A stretch of DNA of 64,000 nucleotides from Albugo candida (taxonomy: Eukaryota). A program made the position numbers and the translations under genes. Shown piece after piece: positions 1 through 13,745 of the stretch. Where the stretch lies: the NCBI GenBank assembly GCA_040437565.1, contig JBDOQK010000005.1:558001-622000 (forward strand), in the 5' to 3' direction. Positions within the stretch are counted from its first letter, which is position 1; each line of letters opens with the position of its first letter. The notes beneath the pieces are model-generated. The model ran no database searches. It had not been told where the DNA came from and worked only from the letters and a program-made list of their open reading frames with translations.

Positions 1-2025
1 CCTTTAGGGTACTGCAAATGGGGAATGTAAAGCTCCGTCGTTAGACCTGGACTTGACTCATCAAGACACTTCTGTGGATCATCGGGATCTCTAAACTCTA
101 GATGATAACGACATGCTCGGCAATCAAAATGTGATTGCAGCGGTATACCGGCTATTTTAAAAGGCCCTGGTCGTACAAATGCTACACTAGCTCGTCCGGA
201 ACAGGCCAGCAATGCGTCAAATTCATCCGGCATGTCCTTGGTCACAATTTTATCCACCAAGCCATTTTTTGCCTGCATCATTTTTGATCGAGCTGTATGG
301 GAGTCGCCATTTGAATGAACGATACTCAAGTCTTCTAGATTCCAGCCGTCTCCATAGCTATGTGTATTGTAGCAGCAGTAACACCAAAGCGTATATGAAA
401 GCATATTAGCTTCGAGGCAAGATATCGTATGATCCATCGCATCGATTTGAGCATAGTAGTCTTTTGTTCTAAAAGCCTCGCCATTATTCAAATTGTAAGG
501 AATTCCAGTCTCTCCAATAAGTGTAGGAGCATTTTGCATACGCTTTTGTCCCAGAATTTTTATATCGAGCAGCTGGCGTATGTGCTGTCTAGTAACACTC
601 GCACGTCCGAAAGCGGGTATCCTTGTCCTCGGATCGACAGAGAAATAAGGTGTCCAAGTCCGAGTGAAAAGTGTGAAGCCATCGTACCAATGCGTTGCAT
701 TGACAGCAAATGGAAGTTGGTTCTGATCAATGCTCGGAAACGGAGTCTGGCTGAATTCTAATGGCGGTAACTCGACAAAAGCCAACGTGTCTGGAAGAAT
801 TTGGCGAATGCTGTGCATAAATCTCTAGATACAGGCATCAAATTACGCATCATTAGGATAAGATGATTCGGTAGGAGAAATAGTACATTACTTGTGCAAA
901 TGGAACATAGAAATCTTTGCCGAAGTCAACCCCAGCAAAGTACTGACGCCGTAACAATCGTGGCCCTTTTGTATCTGGACTAATTTCATACACTCCTTCA
1001 CGTTTCCAAATCGATTCTACTCCATTGCTCCACGCTCTTATACACGCTTCATTTACCAAATCAAACCGATCAGGTCGGTTGAATAAGAAATTTCGTATGC
1101 CCATCGAGTAGAAAGGTATTTTCTGCGAGAACCCATCGGCTAAACACATTCCTTGAAAAGGGCTTGGTGCATAGCCCAAATTTAACTGATGAGGAAGGAA
1201 ACACTTGCTCAGATCTTGAACTCCTATAAATCCAAAAGAGGGTTCATTCATAGTACCTATTCCTACAACATTTCGGACTCCTTCCAGTCGTTTCGCAAGT
1301 TGAACAAACGCATTTATGTAATGTGATTGTAGATACTCCTGAACGAGAATTTTATTTCCGCTTTCGTCTTCCACAAAACAGGATGGAGCAAATGTAGAGC
1401 CACCAAAAAATAGAGTAAACATCGTAGCTGATGCAAATTTAAAGTAGTTTGTCGGCCACATCATTTTTGGAAACTCATAAACGTGATCCCCATGCGTCTC
1501 GATGCAGACAGAAGCATGCGTTTCGGCGAAATGGCGGGGTTCCAATCCAACTTTTTCAAGTGTCCACATCGGTGCTCCATCTCCACCCGTCCAGCGAGAC
1601 CATACATCTTGATGAGGGTCAATGTAAAAGTACAAATCGTATGAAGCGCCTATGAGGATAATCGCTCGGATATAATCAAGGTATTCTTCGTCATATATGC
1701 CTGGCCCCGCATGTTCGATTGCTTCCCACGTTGTAATCAGTCTTATGCAATTAAACCCCCAACGACGCATGCGTCTGAAATGCTCATGCGCTTCCTGCAA
1801 AGGGAACGGACGATTCACAAAAGAGACGCTTTGACGATCATCAAAAAATCGCTTACGGGTGGCATCCCAGTCATTTTCTAATGATTTGTCATGCAGATGA
1901 CCATATGGAAGTTTAGAAGACCCACCGAGATTCACACCTCTCAGAATCTGGACACGACCGTATTCGTCGACAAAGTGCCCATCTTTGATTTGTAAGGCTA
2001 TACTGCTATCCTTATCGACAGTCAT
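1..2025 (-). CDS. Glycoside hydrolase family 5, endoglycoceramidase-related (EGCrP / steryl-beta-glucosidase-like); 3' end runs off the window
   Basis: Exon 1 (2025-892) has LRGVNL, TWEAIEHAGPGIYDEEYLDY, IDPHQDVWSRWTGGDGAP and the acid/base motif TMNEP. A GT-AG intron at 891-825 joins in frame to exon 2 with NATHWYD, the nucleophile motif PTLIGETGIP, GDGWNLEDLSI, FVRP and TTELYIP. No signal peptide seen. Confidence 0.9.
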
Positions 2026-2124
2026 TGTACACTCCAATAACGGTCGGATTCAGGGACTACACGACCCGACAGCTAAAGTCTGCAGTACGATCGAACGTAA
2101 TAAGACCTCTAGTAGATTTACACT

Positions 2125-2235
2125 TGATTGGCTGATTGGCCTGATAATGCATATGGTCTAAATGAAAGACAAGTCAGATTTGGTTAGACAAGACATCTCG
2201 GGCCTCATCCGTGATGAGATATCTACCAATCACTG
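2125..2235. promoter_or_regulatory. CCAAT-box cluster in the divergent promoter between the GH5 and kinase genes
   Basis: Tandem TGATTGGC-TGATTGGC at ~2125-2140 and ACCAATCA at ~2226-2233 in a ~470 bp head-to-head spacer. Motif match only. Confidence 0.45.
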
Positions 2236-2497
2236 AATTACATTCTTCTTCTGTAGCAGCTGTCCATCTGAAGCGAACAGTGCTTCGGATAGGTTGACTC
2301 TATTCAGAAAATATAGAGCCTTACTCTTTCTCTCCCTCGTATTTTGAGCACTGATAGCTATTATTAAATCACCGGGGTTGTTCCGTGCCACAATCACGCA
2401 GACGAGTCCGAAAACAGTCCATCAAAGGCTAAATCGACAAGCATAGTTTCGCCTTTGTCCTAGATACGACTAGCTCATTGCATATTCGACTAAGTAA

Positions 2498-4266
2498 ATG
2501 GAAAACGCAAAGTCTTTACGCTTTGTTGCTATCATTGGGCATGAAAATGTCAGTCACAACGGCTCGAAGACAACGGTGTATTTCCTACAAGTTGAATTTG
2601 AAAATGCTATGTGGGTCGTGAAGCATCGGTATCAAGACTTCAAAGAGCTACACGAACGGGTAAGCTATTGACAAATGCGATATTTTTTTCCGGCATGAAA
2701 CTAATCGCGGACATGATCTCCCATGCAGCTATCTTCTGATGGTTTCAAATGCCCTGCACTTCCTCCAAAGAAGTTTCTAGGCTCATTCAATCCTGAATTT
2801 ATCGATAAGCGGCAGCAAGAATTAGCATTTTGGCTCCACTTACTATCACAATCGGACCCCAGCTCTTCTGGTGATTCTCCTCGCACAAACGAGCATTACA
2901 AGGATTTTATGCTACTCAATGTAAGACAACTAATCTACCAACTGTTCGTACTTGGCTGAGCAAAGTTTTACTGTCCTCAGAAAGAACCATTGCAAGAAGC
3001 ACATCACAAAAGCGGAGGACAAGGAGACTCGTCGACATCCTCAAATACGGATTCCTCAGCAAGCAATTATAACAGTAATACGGACAGTGAAGCTCTGTAC
3101 GACACTCCGAAAACATGCTTGGATGACTTTGAGCTACTTAAAGTCATTGGCAAGGGATCTTATGGCAAAGTGACTTTGGTGCGAAAGAAGAACTCCAATC
3201 GCTTGTTCGCTATGAAGTCGCTGCACAAGTCTAATGTCAAACGTCGTAACCAAGTTGAACACACAAAAACAGAACGCCGCGTTCTCGGTCGTGCAAAGCA
3301 CCCATTCATTGGTAATACTCTGCTCGTGAGGCCTTCTTTGAAAAAGCTCATGATTTACTGATGATAGTTCACCTGCACTATGCTTTCCAAACAACTCAAA
3401 AACTATATTTTGTTTTGGACTACTGCCCTGGTGGTGAGCTGTTTTATCATTTATCGAGGATGGAGAAATTTGGAGAAGCAATGGCAAAGTTCTATGCGGC
3501 CGAAATTACGCTAGCCTTACAGCATTTGCACGAACTGGGTGTTGTATATCGCGATCTCAAGCCGGAAAATATACTGTTTGACAAGCAAGGTCATGTGATG
3601 CTCGGTAAGCCAAACTTGTATCGAATTTATTGTATCAAGCTAATAGCTTTCTTGCAAACTGTAGCTGATTTCGGGCTTGCAAAAGAAGGCATCACAAATG
3701 GTGCAGAGGGGACCAATTCGATGTGTGGGACCCCCGAGTATCTGCCACCGGAAATTCTCGACCGTACGGGGCATGGGACGGCCGTGGATTGGTGGGCACT
3801 CGGAATGGTTTTGTATGAGATGCTGACTGGTCTACCACCTTGGTACACTCGAAATCGCCAGAAGTTATTCGATCGTGTTCGCAATGCTCCGCTTACCTTC
3901 CCTGATGAAGTCGGTGAACAAGCAAGAAGTTTGATTAGCGGATTTTTGACTCGGAATCCAAATGAACGGCTCGGAAGTAAAACTGCCGAAGATGTAAAGC
4001 ATCATCCGTTTTTCGCAGACATCAATTGGCAAGATCTGTACGATCGTAAAATTCGCCCACCTTTCAACCCATGTGCAAATGTCGCCAATATGGAAGAACC
4101 GAAGAACTTTGAAAGTGAGTTTACAAAAATGCAGATTCAGAGTGTGGAAAATTCAGCGATTGGATCGATGCGAGCCTCCGATGCTTCAAGGCCATCCATG
4201 ACATTTACGGAATTTACGTATAATACACCGAATGATCTTGCGATGGGTTCTTCTGCTGGCAAATGA
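2498..4266 (+). CDS. PX-domain AGC-family Ser/Thr kinase (SGK/Akt-like)
   Basis: Exons 2498-2659, 2729-2920, 2981-3311, 3368-3604, 3665-4266, joined by in-frame GT-AG introns. PX motifs HRYQDFKELH, LPPKK and FIDKRQQEL. Kinase motifs GKGSYGKV, FAMK, YRDLKPEN, DFG and CGTPEYLPPE. C-terminal PPFNP and hydrophobic motif FTEFTY. Confidence 0.93.
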
Positions 4267-4440
4267 TGACATTATTTCGTGTAATTGCCGGGGACATTGT
4301 CTAGGGCCGCGCAACTAAATTGCAATAAGATCTTTGCGTTTTTAAATTAACTCCACTCTGATACTTTACTTTCAACCACTTTATGTTGTCCACACAAATT
4401 TGTCAAAGTCATCCCTGCTTCAGAGACGATACTATTCGAC

Positions 4441-7400
4441 ATGGAAGCCGACACGACACAAGAAACATTTTTAGCCTCATCAGCTTCACCTGACCATATT
4501 GAATCTTCTTCTTCGCGATCCGATACCACATCCAAGAGAAAAATTGAACATAAAAGTGATTCGCAAAGCCTGAAGCTCCAATTTTCCAAGGGTGCCGCCA
4601 GCGCACCGCCAGCATTAACATTTCCGGATACCAGAGAAGATTTCTTCGCATCTGTTGGATTAAAGACGGATCGACCGATATCTTTTGGATTCCACCCTCC
4701 AGACCCAATTGAGAAGCTAACGAAAAAGCAGGCAAATTTGACTGTAGTGACAGCATTTGATGGAGAGCTTGCTGAAAGTTTACAGAATGTAATAAAACCT
4801 GTTCACGTTGACTCGGTGAAAGATTCTAGTGATCCTTTCAGCATGGATGTGAAGGATGAAGAATTTGTCAAAGAGGTTTTCTCGGATAGCTGGTCCGTGG
4901 ACTCTCCAGTCATCTTCTCACCTCGTAGTGATGCACCTGTTGATTCGGTTACTGCACTTCAAGATGAAGAAATCAAGATTGCGGATGATGAAGAGCTTAC
5001 TTGGAATGAAAAAGATGATGAACTTATTGAAAATGATTGTGCCATGAAAGCGCCGAATATGTCCGACAGTGAGTTGCAATGGGACAATGAATCGACGAGA
5101 TCCATTACACGTGACATTGATCAAGGAACCGATCAGTTTGGACTAACAATGGCACTTGACGCAAGTAGAGTTCAAAATGAAGAATTTGGTATAAGTGCAT
5201 CGGACTTGAAAGAAAAAAATCAGAGTCATGTTGACGATGAGGGAGTATGTGACATTATGGAAGAGCTTCAGTCACTGAAGCTGGAAAAAATGGTGCATCA
5301 AAAGGAGCACGGCTCAAATGACGTTGAAGAAGAAGAAGAGTGGAATAATATGAAAATCGAAGAGTGTCCGTTGGAAACCGCAACAATTGCAGAGGAAAGA
5401 AGTGAAACTCAGAGTTTTGCATTCACGAGTGTGACTACAACAACTCATACAATTTCAGAGATCGATGATAGTTATGTGTCTGATGCAGCTGCTACGAGCA
5501 TTTTTAGTGAGTGTCAAACTAGCTCAACGATGGTCGAAGCAATTGATACTGCTGCAGACCTCCTACTCAAAACGTGTTCACAAAACAACACCTATAGAGA
5601 TGATCTGACAGACTTGCTGACTCAAGTTGAGCAAAATGAACTGGAGAGTAAAGAGGACGTTCATACTATCTCTGATTTTGACGAATCTTTCGTAAATTGG
5701 AGTATTCAATCCACAGAGATTGAATCACAACAAGCTCATGATTCAAGCTACTCCGATGGTCTTCTCCACACAGTCACTTCATATCACCACTCCGGGGATG
5801 AGAGCAGTTCTCTATTATCTGAGGGGGTAGACCTGAATGCCAATATAACAAGCACGCACGCAATAACTGCTGATGCACAGCCAATTTCAGTGAGTACGTC
5901 GACCGAAACTGAAAGCACTCTTGTCGGCCATCATCATAATGATGAGCTATACAGCATGTCAGTTTCACTGAAGGACATCAATGGAGCTGAAGCTGAAGTT
6001 CCACGTTCGGATGATGCTGATAATGTCATTTCAGCTGCGAATACAGCACAAGAAGATTACAATGTCGACGAGCCCAACGCTCATATTTTAGACTCTGCTA
6101 TTGGACTTTTGTCGGACATCACGATGTCTAAGGAGCTACCTACAGATAGTCGCACTTGCAATGATGAATGGATTGATCCTCCAAATATGGTACAGATTGA
6201 AGAGAGCAGCATCGCGCNNNNNNNNNNNNNNNNNNNNNNNNNNNNNNNNNNNNNNNNNNNNNNNNNNNNNNNNNNNNNNNNNNNNNNNNNNNNNNNNNNN
6301 NNNNNNNNNNNNNNNNNTGAGTACGTCGACCGAAACTGAAAGCACTCTTGTCGGCCATCATCATAATGATGAGCTATACAGCATGTCAGTTTCACTGAAG
6401 GACATCAATGGAGCTGAAGCTGAAGTTCCACGTTCGGGTGATGCTGATAATGTCATTTCAGCTGCGAGTACAGCACAGGAAGATTACAATGTCGACGAGC
6501 CCAACGCTCATGTTTTAGACTCTGCTATTGGACATTTGTCGGACATCACGATGTCTAATGAGCTACCTACAGATAGTTGCACTTGCAATGATGAATGGAT
6601 TGATCCTCCAAATATGGTACAGATTGAAGAGAGCAGCATCGCGCAGCCTGATTCTACACTGTCAACTGCGAGGAACGAAACGGCTTGTATTTCGCACGAT
6701 TATTTATTTTCTCCTATTGACAATCTGACGTCATCAACTGAGGGTGCGTTCACCATAGAACAACCGCTGAGTACAACATCACCTCATATGTGTGGCTTGA
6801 ATGGCTTTGATCCAGTGAATGACGCTCAATTCGACGTATCTTCGACCGTTGCAACTTTTGGTGGATCGGATAATACAAGCGAAAGTATGCAGTCGGGTAG
6901 TTGCTTTTCGGACTATCCAAGCCAAACCGTATCGACCACATCAAATATGGATTACACGTCGAGTATGTTTGGTAGTGAACAAGCGCTATCTCAGGATGGA
7001 GGAGATTCTGAAACAAATCTCCGTGCTGATACTTGGCTGAATGTGGCCGTCCAAGATCTGAATCCTCATGCAGGGCAGTCGGATAATGTAGAGCGTCCAA
7101 GTGTTTTCGAATCAGCAATTCACGAACCTACCCAGAAGATGCCAGTAGATTCCTTTATATCGACACATAGGGATTCATTCGAGACGCTTACGAACGATGA
7201 TAAGTATCAGAACGTATCGTATCAAGATGATACTGCTGCACCCAGCAATATCGAGTCTAATTTCATCCCTAGCGCTTCCTCCTTATTTGGAGACACAGAT
7301 GAGTCTGGAAACGCTGCTTCGTTTCTTATAACACACAGAAATCAAGCTGTTTTACAAGAAGTGAATTTATCTGGCGAGGAAATCTTAGTCGAAGACGCAA

Positions 7401-10400
7401 GTAAGTTATTTGGAGCAGGTACATCAGATACCCTTCATACAGGCTCCGATTTATACGAAGCGACCCATAGTTTCGTCCCTCCACCAGACAATTCTGGTGG
7501 GATCGTCGATCAGAATACGTGTACCCGCACCAAGAATACTGGCTTTGAATCGAATGAACAGGAAGCTGCTATAAATCAAGCCTTGGAAAATAGCTTTTCC
7601 GATTGCTCTAAACATCAGGAACCTAATGAACTATTCACGTGCTCAGATCATCAGATAGAGTATATTGAAAACGATATCGTACTTGGTCAGACCAGCTTGT
7701 GCCTTACGAACGAATCAGCTGGAATAGACTTTTCACAGGAGCAATGCATCGGCTCTGGGGATAAGAGTGGAGAAGGAACACCAGGCACCACCATGTTGCA
7801 TGAGGACGAGAAGAGTGGGCTTTTAGATTCCTCTTCACACTACCATTTTGAGGCCCCCTCGAGCGGCGGTAATTCTTACTTTGAAGACAGTAGTAATTCA
7901 TTTTGCGGTGTTTCATTCGAAACTAGACTGGATGGAGCTCTCGAAGGTAGCAATGATTCGCTTCGGCACAGAAATCATGATCACGAATCAGACGTTACGC
8001 ACAACTTTTACAATGCACCTCCGAACTCAGCGGAAGAGGTCCCGCTATCATCCGCTTCTATCACCCACTCTCACATCAAACTGGATGAAGCTTCTTTCGG
8101 GCAAGATCAAGAAAATATACATTTAATTAGCGCAAAATCCACAATGACAAATGGTCAACACTCGCACGCTCCCCCTGAAGGTACTGCTGGATTTGAACAG
8201 ACTTTGAATGATGGGAGCTCACCGAGATGCGTTGAAACCGACACTTATCAGTCTGGTGTCGAATTGAATTCAGCCATGGCCGGCTGCCCTGATGCAAAAG
8301 CTGAGACACTGCAGATGGGAGGGGGCTCGTTTCTCGAAACTACTTCGTTACCTTATGTCGACGAAGGTGCTATGGATAGTGATCGTACCCACGACTTTAA
8401 TACGACAACGCCTAGTGTGGAGCAATTTGCTGATTTGGATGGCAAGAAGGCTGATAGTAGCGATTTTTTCGGATCAAATTCGACGGAGTTGGATGGAAGT
8501 TCTCTTTTTCAAGATTCACCACCCGATATTGATCGAGTTTTCGGTCATAACGCTCAGCCTAGGCATGACTGTTTGGTTTCTCACGATTGGGGGAATGATA
8601 CAAATGGGCAAATACCACCCAGTCATGAAGATGCGATGACTAGAGGTCCTATCCACCACTTTGTTGACACAGCATCCACCATTGAGCAATTTCGTACTGT
8701 GACGGATAGCAGTAATGATACTTTCGGACATGATGCAACACAAATGAGCAATAGCACACTTTTTCAGCATCCACCACCCGAGCCTCCAATTGTCTTGGGT
8801 CATAATTCACAAACTGGGCAACGCATCACAGATTCTTGCGATTGGGATAAACAACCGAGTGGAAGAAAACCGCCTAGCCAAGAAGATGCTATGACTAGTG
8901 GTTCCACCCGACAGAACATTGAGACAGCATCTAGCGCTGAGCAATTCGAGAACATTCACAGGAGTATGGATAGCAGCAACGATGCTTTTGGATACGACTC
9001 GACACAGATGAATGACAACACACTTTTCCAACATCCACCACCCGAGTCTCAAAGAGTTTACGATTATGATATTCAGCCTGAGCAACGTGTTGCAAGTTCG
9101 CACGATTGGACTAACCCACCAATTGGGTCCCCACAGACAACCGACACGTCAAATGCTGGCACGTGGGAGATGGAAAGACATTCACAAAGTCAAAATTGTT
9201 TGGAAACATTTGATTCACAGTCACAGCCAAACTTTTTTGACACTGGGGCACCACCGGCAAATGATCTATTTTCCAATCACCTTGCTTCAGAACCACACAC
9301 TTTGGGTGAAGCCACCTATGACTCACCCCAAGGCCCAAGCGCTTTGCCCTACTCAGCTCAGCATGCTTCACACCATCAATATCAGCCGTTGAATGAGTCC
9401 AACGTTCATTCCGTTGACGGCCAGCCTAGTTCCATATCTGTCCCAAGCGGCTATAGGATGCCTGGAAGTACTGCACCTTACACAAAGTCCGCTGACGTAT
9501 ACTCCAGCCAGCTTCAAGACACTAGCCATTTATTCATGACCACGCCCTCACACCCTTCTCTGCCCACACAAAACTCGACACAATATGTGCAATCGAATAC
9601 TTTGTCGGATAAATGCTTCTTTGAGACAACTACAGCAACTTTGAATTTTGAAAATGGACAACAAGTGCATCAACAGACAACGGTTGCGTCACAAATTCCG
9701 GCTTCGAATGCATTTGCTACCATGCAGCAGGAAAATTCTTTCAAGACAGAAGTTTCGGTATCCGGACTGACCATTTCAACACAAGCCACTGTGCTTTCTG
9801 GCGCAGAATCTCGTAATCTAAACACAGATCTGCCAGCAGCATCACAAGTGAGCAATGTCGTTCGAACCGAATCATCAGATTGGAACGATACGAATCCTTC
9901 GAGTAATTTTTCTGCATCAGCTCAAACGAACATCGTACAAGAACCTCAAATTAGGAGTCCCTTTTCTCCAACTGGAAGGATGGTCTCTCAATATGGCTCT
10001 CCAAGTTCTTCAAATGCTACGCAGCATAGTGCGGCCCAAAAGTCTGAGAAGTTTGGAGTACGAGAAAAGCGATACGATGATCCGAAGATTCTGCCTCCGT
10101 CTTGTTTGATCTCATTTGGTTTCGGTGGTAATGTCGTGTCGATGTTCCCCAAGCGAAAAGTTCGATTAGCAAATAATTTACGAAGGGTACAAGGAACCGC
10201 AAGGTGATTCTCATGTAGATGCAAGTGCGTGTGATGGTTTTATTTCCTTTCTCATGTAGTGCGCTGTTGGATTCACCGCGAGGTGAAGAGCTTCGAAAAG
10301 GACCCATTCAGTTTTACCACATCTCTCAATTGTATCCAAAAAAATGGTTTCAAGATGCATTTCATCAATTTCCTGGACCGCTGACAAAAGAATCCCATCA

Positions 10401-13057
10401 AGAAGACATTGTGTAATTTGAGAGTCATATGTACTCCGACGTGAATGCCCATCTGACGTTGTTTTTGTGCATAGTCGCTACCTTGATACAAAGCTGGAGC
10501 GCTCGGACGAAGATGAACGACTACTTTTGGGAGTTTTGAGAGTTTTACTCACAAGTAGCAATGGTGAACGGGAAGACTATACTGGAGGACGTGATGTCAG
10601 TACCGAAGGGAACCAACTAGTTGCACTGCTTCAACATAGCGATGAAAGACGACGAGGGTATGTAGTATCTGAGCTTGGTACCTTGGCTTACAAGCAACAC
10701 TTATATAGAGGCAATCGCGCATTATTCCAGCATCCAAACGCCAAAAAAACAGAGGTCTGATGACACTTGCTTTCTTGGCTAGATAAGAGCTCACATTCGT
10801 TTACTGACAATTTGTAGTCTGCAGAAGCGCATGCTCAAAACACATCGCGTATTCGCAGTCTTTTGTTGAATGGAGATCGAAGAGGAGCAGTAGAAGCTGC
10901 CATGCGCTCACATATGTGGCCGGAAGCCATGCTGATCGCGTCTTTCATTGAGAAAGAAGAGTACAAGGTAACAAAATCAGGATTCTCGTATCCGTTTAGC
11001 GCCATGACCTGTTGTGTGACCTCTGTAGCGGGTACTGCACACCTACTTTAACGGTCATTATTCCGTTGGCGATCCTTCTCGGGCTCTATATATGGCATTC
11101 GCAGACCAGCAGCAAAAGAGCGTCTATGAGCCGCAAACAACATCATCCTCTCATGGATCTCCGCCTTCACCTATTCTTGCAAATTGGGTTTCCCACGCTC
11201 AGATGCTGATCGCAAATCGGACGGCTGATACAAACAAGGTGGTTTCGAGCACATAGCGTGGTTGGCATGGTTAACTCACATGTACCTTTCCTCTTCCAGA
11301 TATTGACAGAGTTGGGAGACAGATTATGGCGTGAGATGAATTCAGTTGTTTCCGCCCATATATGCTATCTATTGGCCGGCATACCAATCGAAGCACCGTC
11401 TCCAAACTCCAGAATTGCACTGCTTGGTGGTGACCATCGAACGAATACTGAAGCTCGTTTTTACGTTTCGCCGAACGCAGTCCAGCGTACTGAAATCTAT
11501 GAATGGATTCACAAACGAGCAAATCCAGGCGTCAATCTAATACCATTCCAAGGATACAAATTAATCTATGCGATGATCCTTGCTGACCATGGCGAAGTTG
11601 AGACTTCACTGAAGTACGTGACGTCCATGCTCGAGATTGTTCGTGGAGTGACTGCGAATATGAAACCTGGCACTTCGATGTATCTCGAAGGGATGCAAAA
11701 TCAATTGGTCGTACTAGATGATCGATTGCGTCAGCATCTTGGAAGAGATCGAGCAGAATCATTAACATCGATAGCAGGAAAGCCGGGAGGAAAATGGGGC
11801 TTAGGAAGCGCTTTGAGTATTGTGGGAAAGATTGTTAATCGCGTTGTGGAAGGCAATGATGGGCTGTCTCCACGTGCAAATGCGTCACCAAGCTTGCGAC
11901 AAAAAAGCATGCCGAGTGATACACAAGGATTGCGGAGCGAAGGCACGAGTATAGGCACTGATCAAATGGCGAAAAAACACATGGAGATTCCACCAGGTAC
12001 AAGCCTCGATACGTTTGAACCAAGAGCCTTCACTAGCGCGCAAAATGCTCGGGCAAACCCGACTAAGCCGTTACCGCTGCCCATAGCAACACCGGCAACC
12101 TATCAGGCCCCAATCATGTCCGAGAAGCCATCTGTGGGTTTTGATAGCATGGCAACGTACAATCAAACGCAACAGCAGCCGACCGTGCACCAATATGATC
12201 ATGTAGCATCTTTTCCACAAGGTGCAGAGCCTGAAAACACTATTGTACCGCCCACAATAGCTGCCCATGGACATGCTACTGCGCAAGGTCCGCACCTGTT
12301 TAGGAAGATGCACAGCATGGAAGATACCGTTCAGACAGAGTCCTCTGCCCAATTGATGAGAACCTCAAGCTTCCCAATTCCTGGAGATCGTGGACCGGCA
12401 AAGAGTGGTTCGCCGAGTGATCAAGGCTCACCCAGTCCACGGGCCAAGGACGCAAGGAAGAAGGGCCGATCCAAGACACCTCCACCGAGTAGCTCCAAAT
12501 CGTCCAATAGCTCGGGTTGGTTTTCCGGCCTCTCATCGTTTATTGCAACCAAGATTAATCCGGAAGCAAAAGTTGCCAAGTTGGGAGAGCAAATGGAGGC
12601 TTACTTTGATGAAGAAAAAAAGCAGTGGATTTTTCCTGGCGAGACTGTCGTAGACGAAACAAAAGCGCTGGGTCCTCCTCCTGTCGGACCCAAACCTGCC
12701 GGAAATGGTCCACCAATCGGTGGTTCAGCTCCCACATCTTCATCCGGTGGCGTTTGTGCGACAGATTCGAACGATCCGTTGGCAGCATTAATGGCTCCTC
12801 CAATGTCCCGAGCTCATGCCTCTATGGTCAAAATGGATCCTCTTGCCGCAATGATGGCACCACCAAAGCGCCATGGACTACATACATCTCGTGCAGCATC
12901 CGAAGGACTACAAAAGAAGAAGTCAATGCCACCCCGTCCGCAGTTTGCGGTATTCAAACCAATGCGGACATCAGTATCATCGGCTTCTTCCTCTGCTCCA
13001 AACTCTACCAACGGATCGAGCCCGTTTCCAAACACACAAGAACAGGAAGCGCTTTAA
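4441..13057 (+). CDS. SEC16: COPII scaffold Sec16 (~2,610 aa after collapsing the gap overlap)
   Basis: Long acidic/Ser-rich N-terminus, then Sec16 hallmarks SFGFGG, FPGPL, HMWPEAMLIAS, AHICYLLAG, LLGGDH, QRTEIYEW, YKLIYAMILADHG and C-terminal AKLGEQMEAYFDEEKKQWIFP. Inferred exons 4441-10203 (minus 427 nt gap/overlap), 10260-10412, 10475-10657, 10709-10754, 10818-10967, 11029-11238, 11300-13057 sum to a multiple of 3. Confidence 0.85.
5891..6644. repeat. 100-N gap (6218-6317) flanked by a 327-bp direct duplication with 7 mismatches
   Basis: 5891-6217 aligns to 6318-6644. Confidence 0.92.
8363..9110 (+). repeat. Three degenerate ~85-88-codon tandem repeats in the Sec16 N-terminal region
   Basis: Recurring E(G/D)AM...EQF...DSS...FG...LFQ(H/D)(P/S)PP...DW unit, period ~255-265 bp. 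Confidence 0.8.
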
Positions 13058-13745
13058 TAAATCGCAAATTGCATACTCTTACTATGCAGAAACTCATTCA
13101 CACTCACTCTCCAACTGCATCAATTATTATGCGGCCAAGAGCCATTGACATTCCTAACACTTTCTTTTTCTTTTGCTTCTTTTTTCTCACGCAATTCCTC
13201 GACGCGAAAAAACCGATCCATCTGCCGCTCAGCGAAATTTTGTACCTACGGATACGAAAGCATCATTCCCATAATCTCATGGAGCTGAAATCATCGCGTA
13301 CCCCAGAGAAAACATGAGTGTAAGTGGGTTCATTGTCGTTTGTTTGCTCACTCATTTCGTTTATTTCGCTCTTGTCTTTAAATCGTCGATTTTTATTCTT
13401 AGATACCGGATTGGCAAACTCTGTGAAAAGCACAACTTTTGCAGCCATAGCTGCGCAGAAAACGTACGAAAAGAGCTCAAGAGCTTTATGATATCGACGA
13501 TCTATCATGTATTCGCTGGTTGTGCTTTGATTTTATGCTCATTGGACAGGCTCTTAACGGCTACGATCGATATGACCAATCAAGGAATGCATGCACGACC
13601 TTGAAAGGACGTAGATGATCCGTTACGGCTGTAGGATGAGGTCGATGCTGTAACGACAGCATGCTACTTTACACGTCGATTGTATTTGATACTGCATACT
13701 TGTATTTACTTCTTCGTAATCAGACTTTGGTGCATTCATATCATC

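Noticed and set aside
12625-13604. 230-aa and 96-aa plus-strand ORFs and an 81-aa minus-strand ORF
   Set aside because: Alternative-frame overlap with the Sec16 end or low-complexity intergenic sequence; no recognisable motifs.
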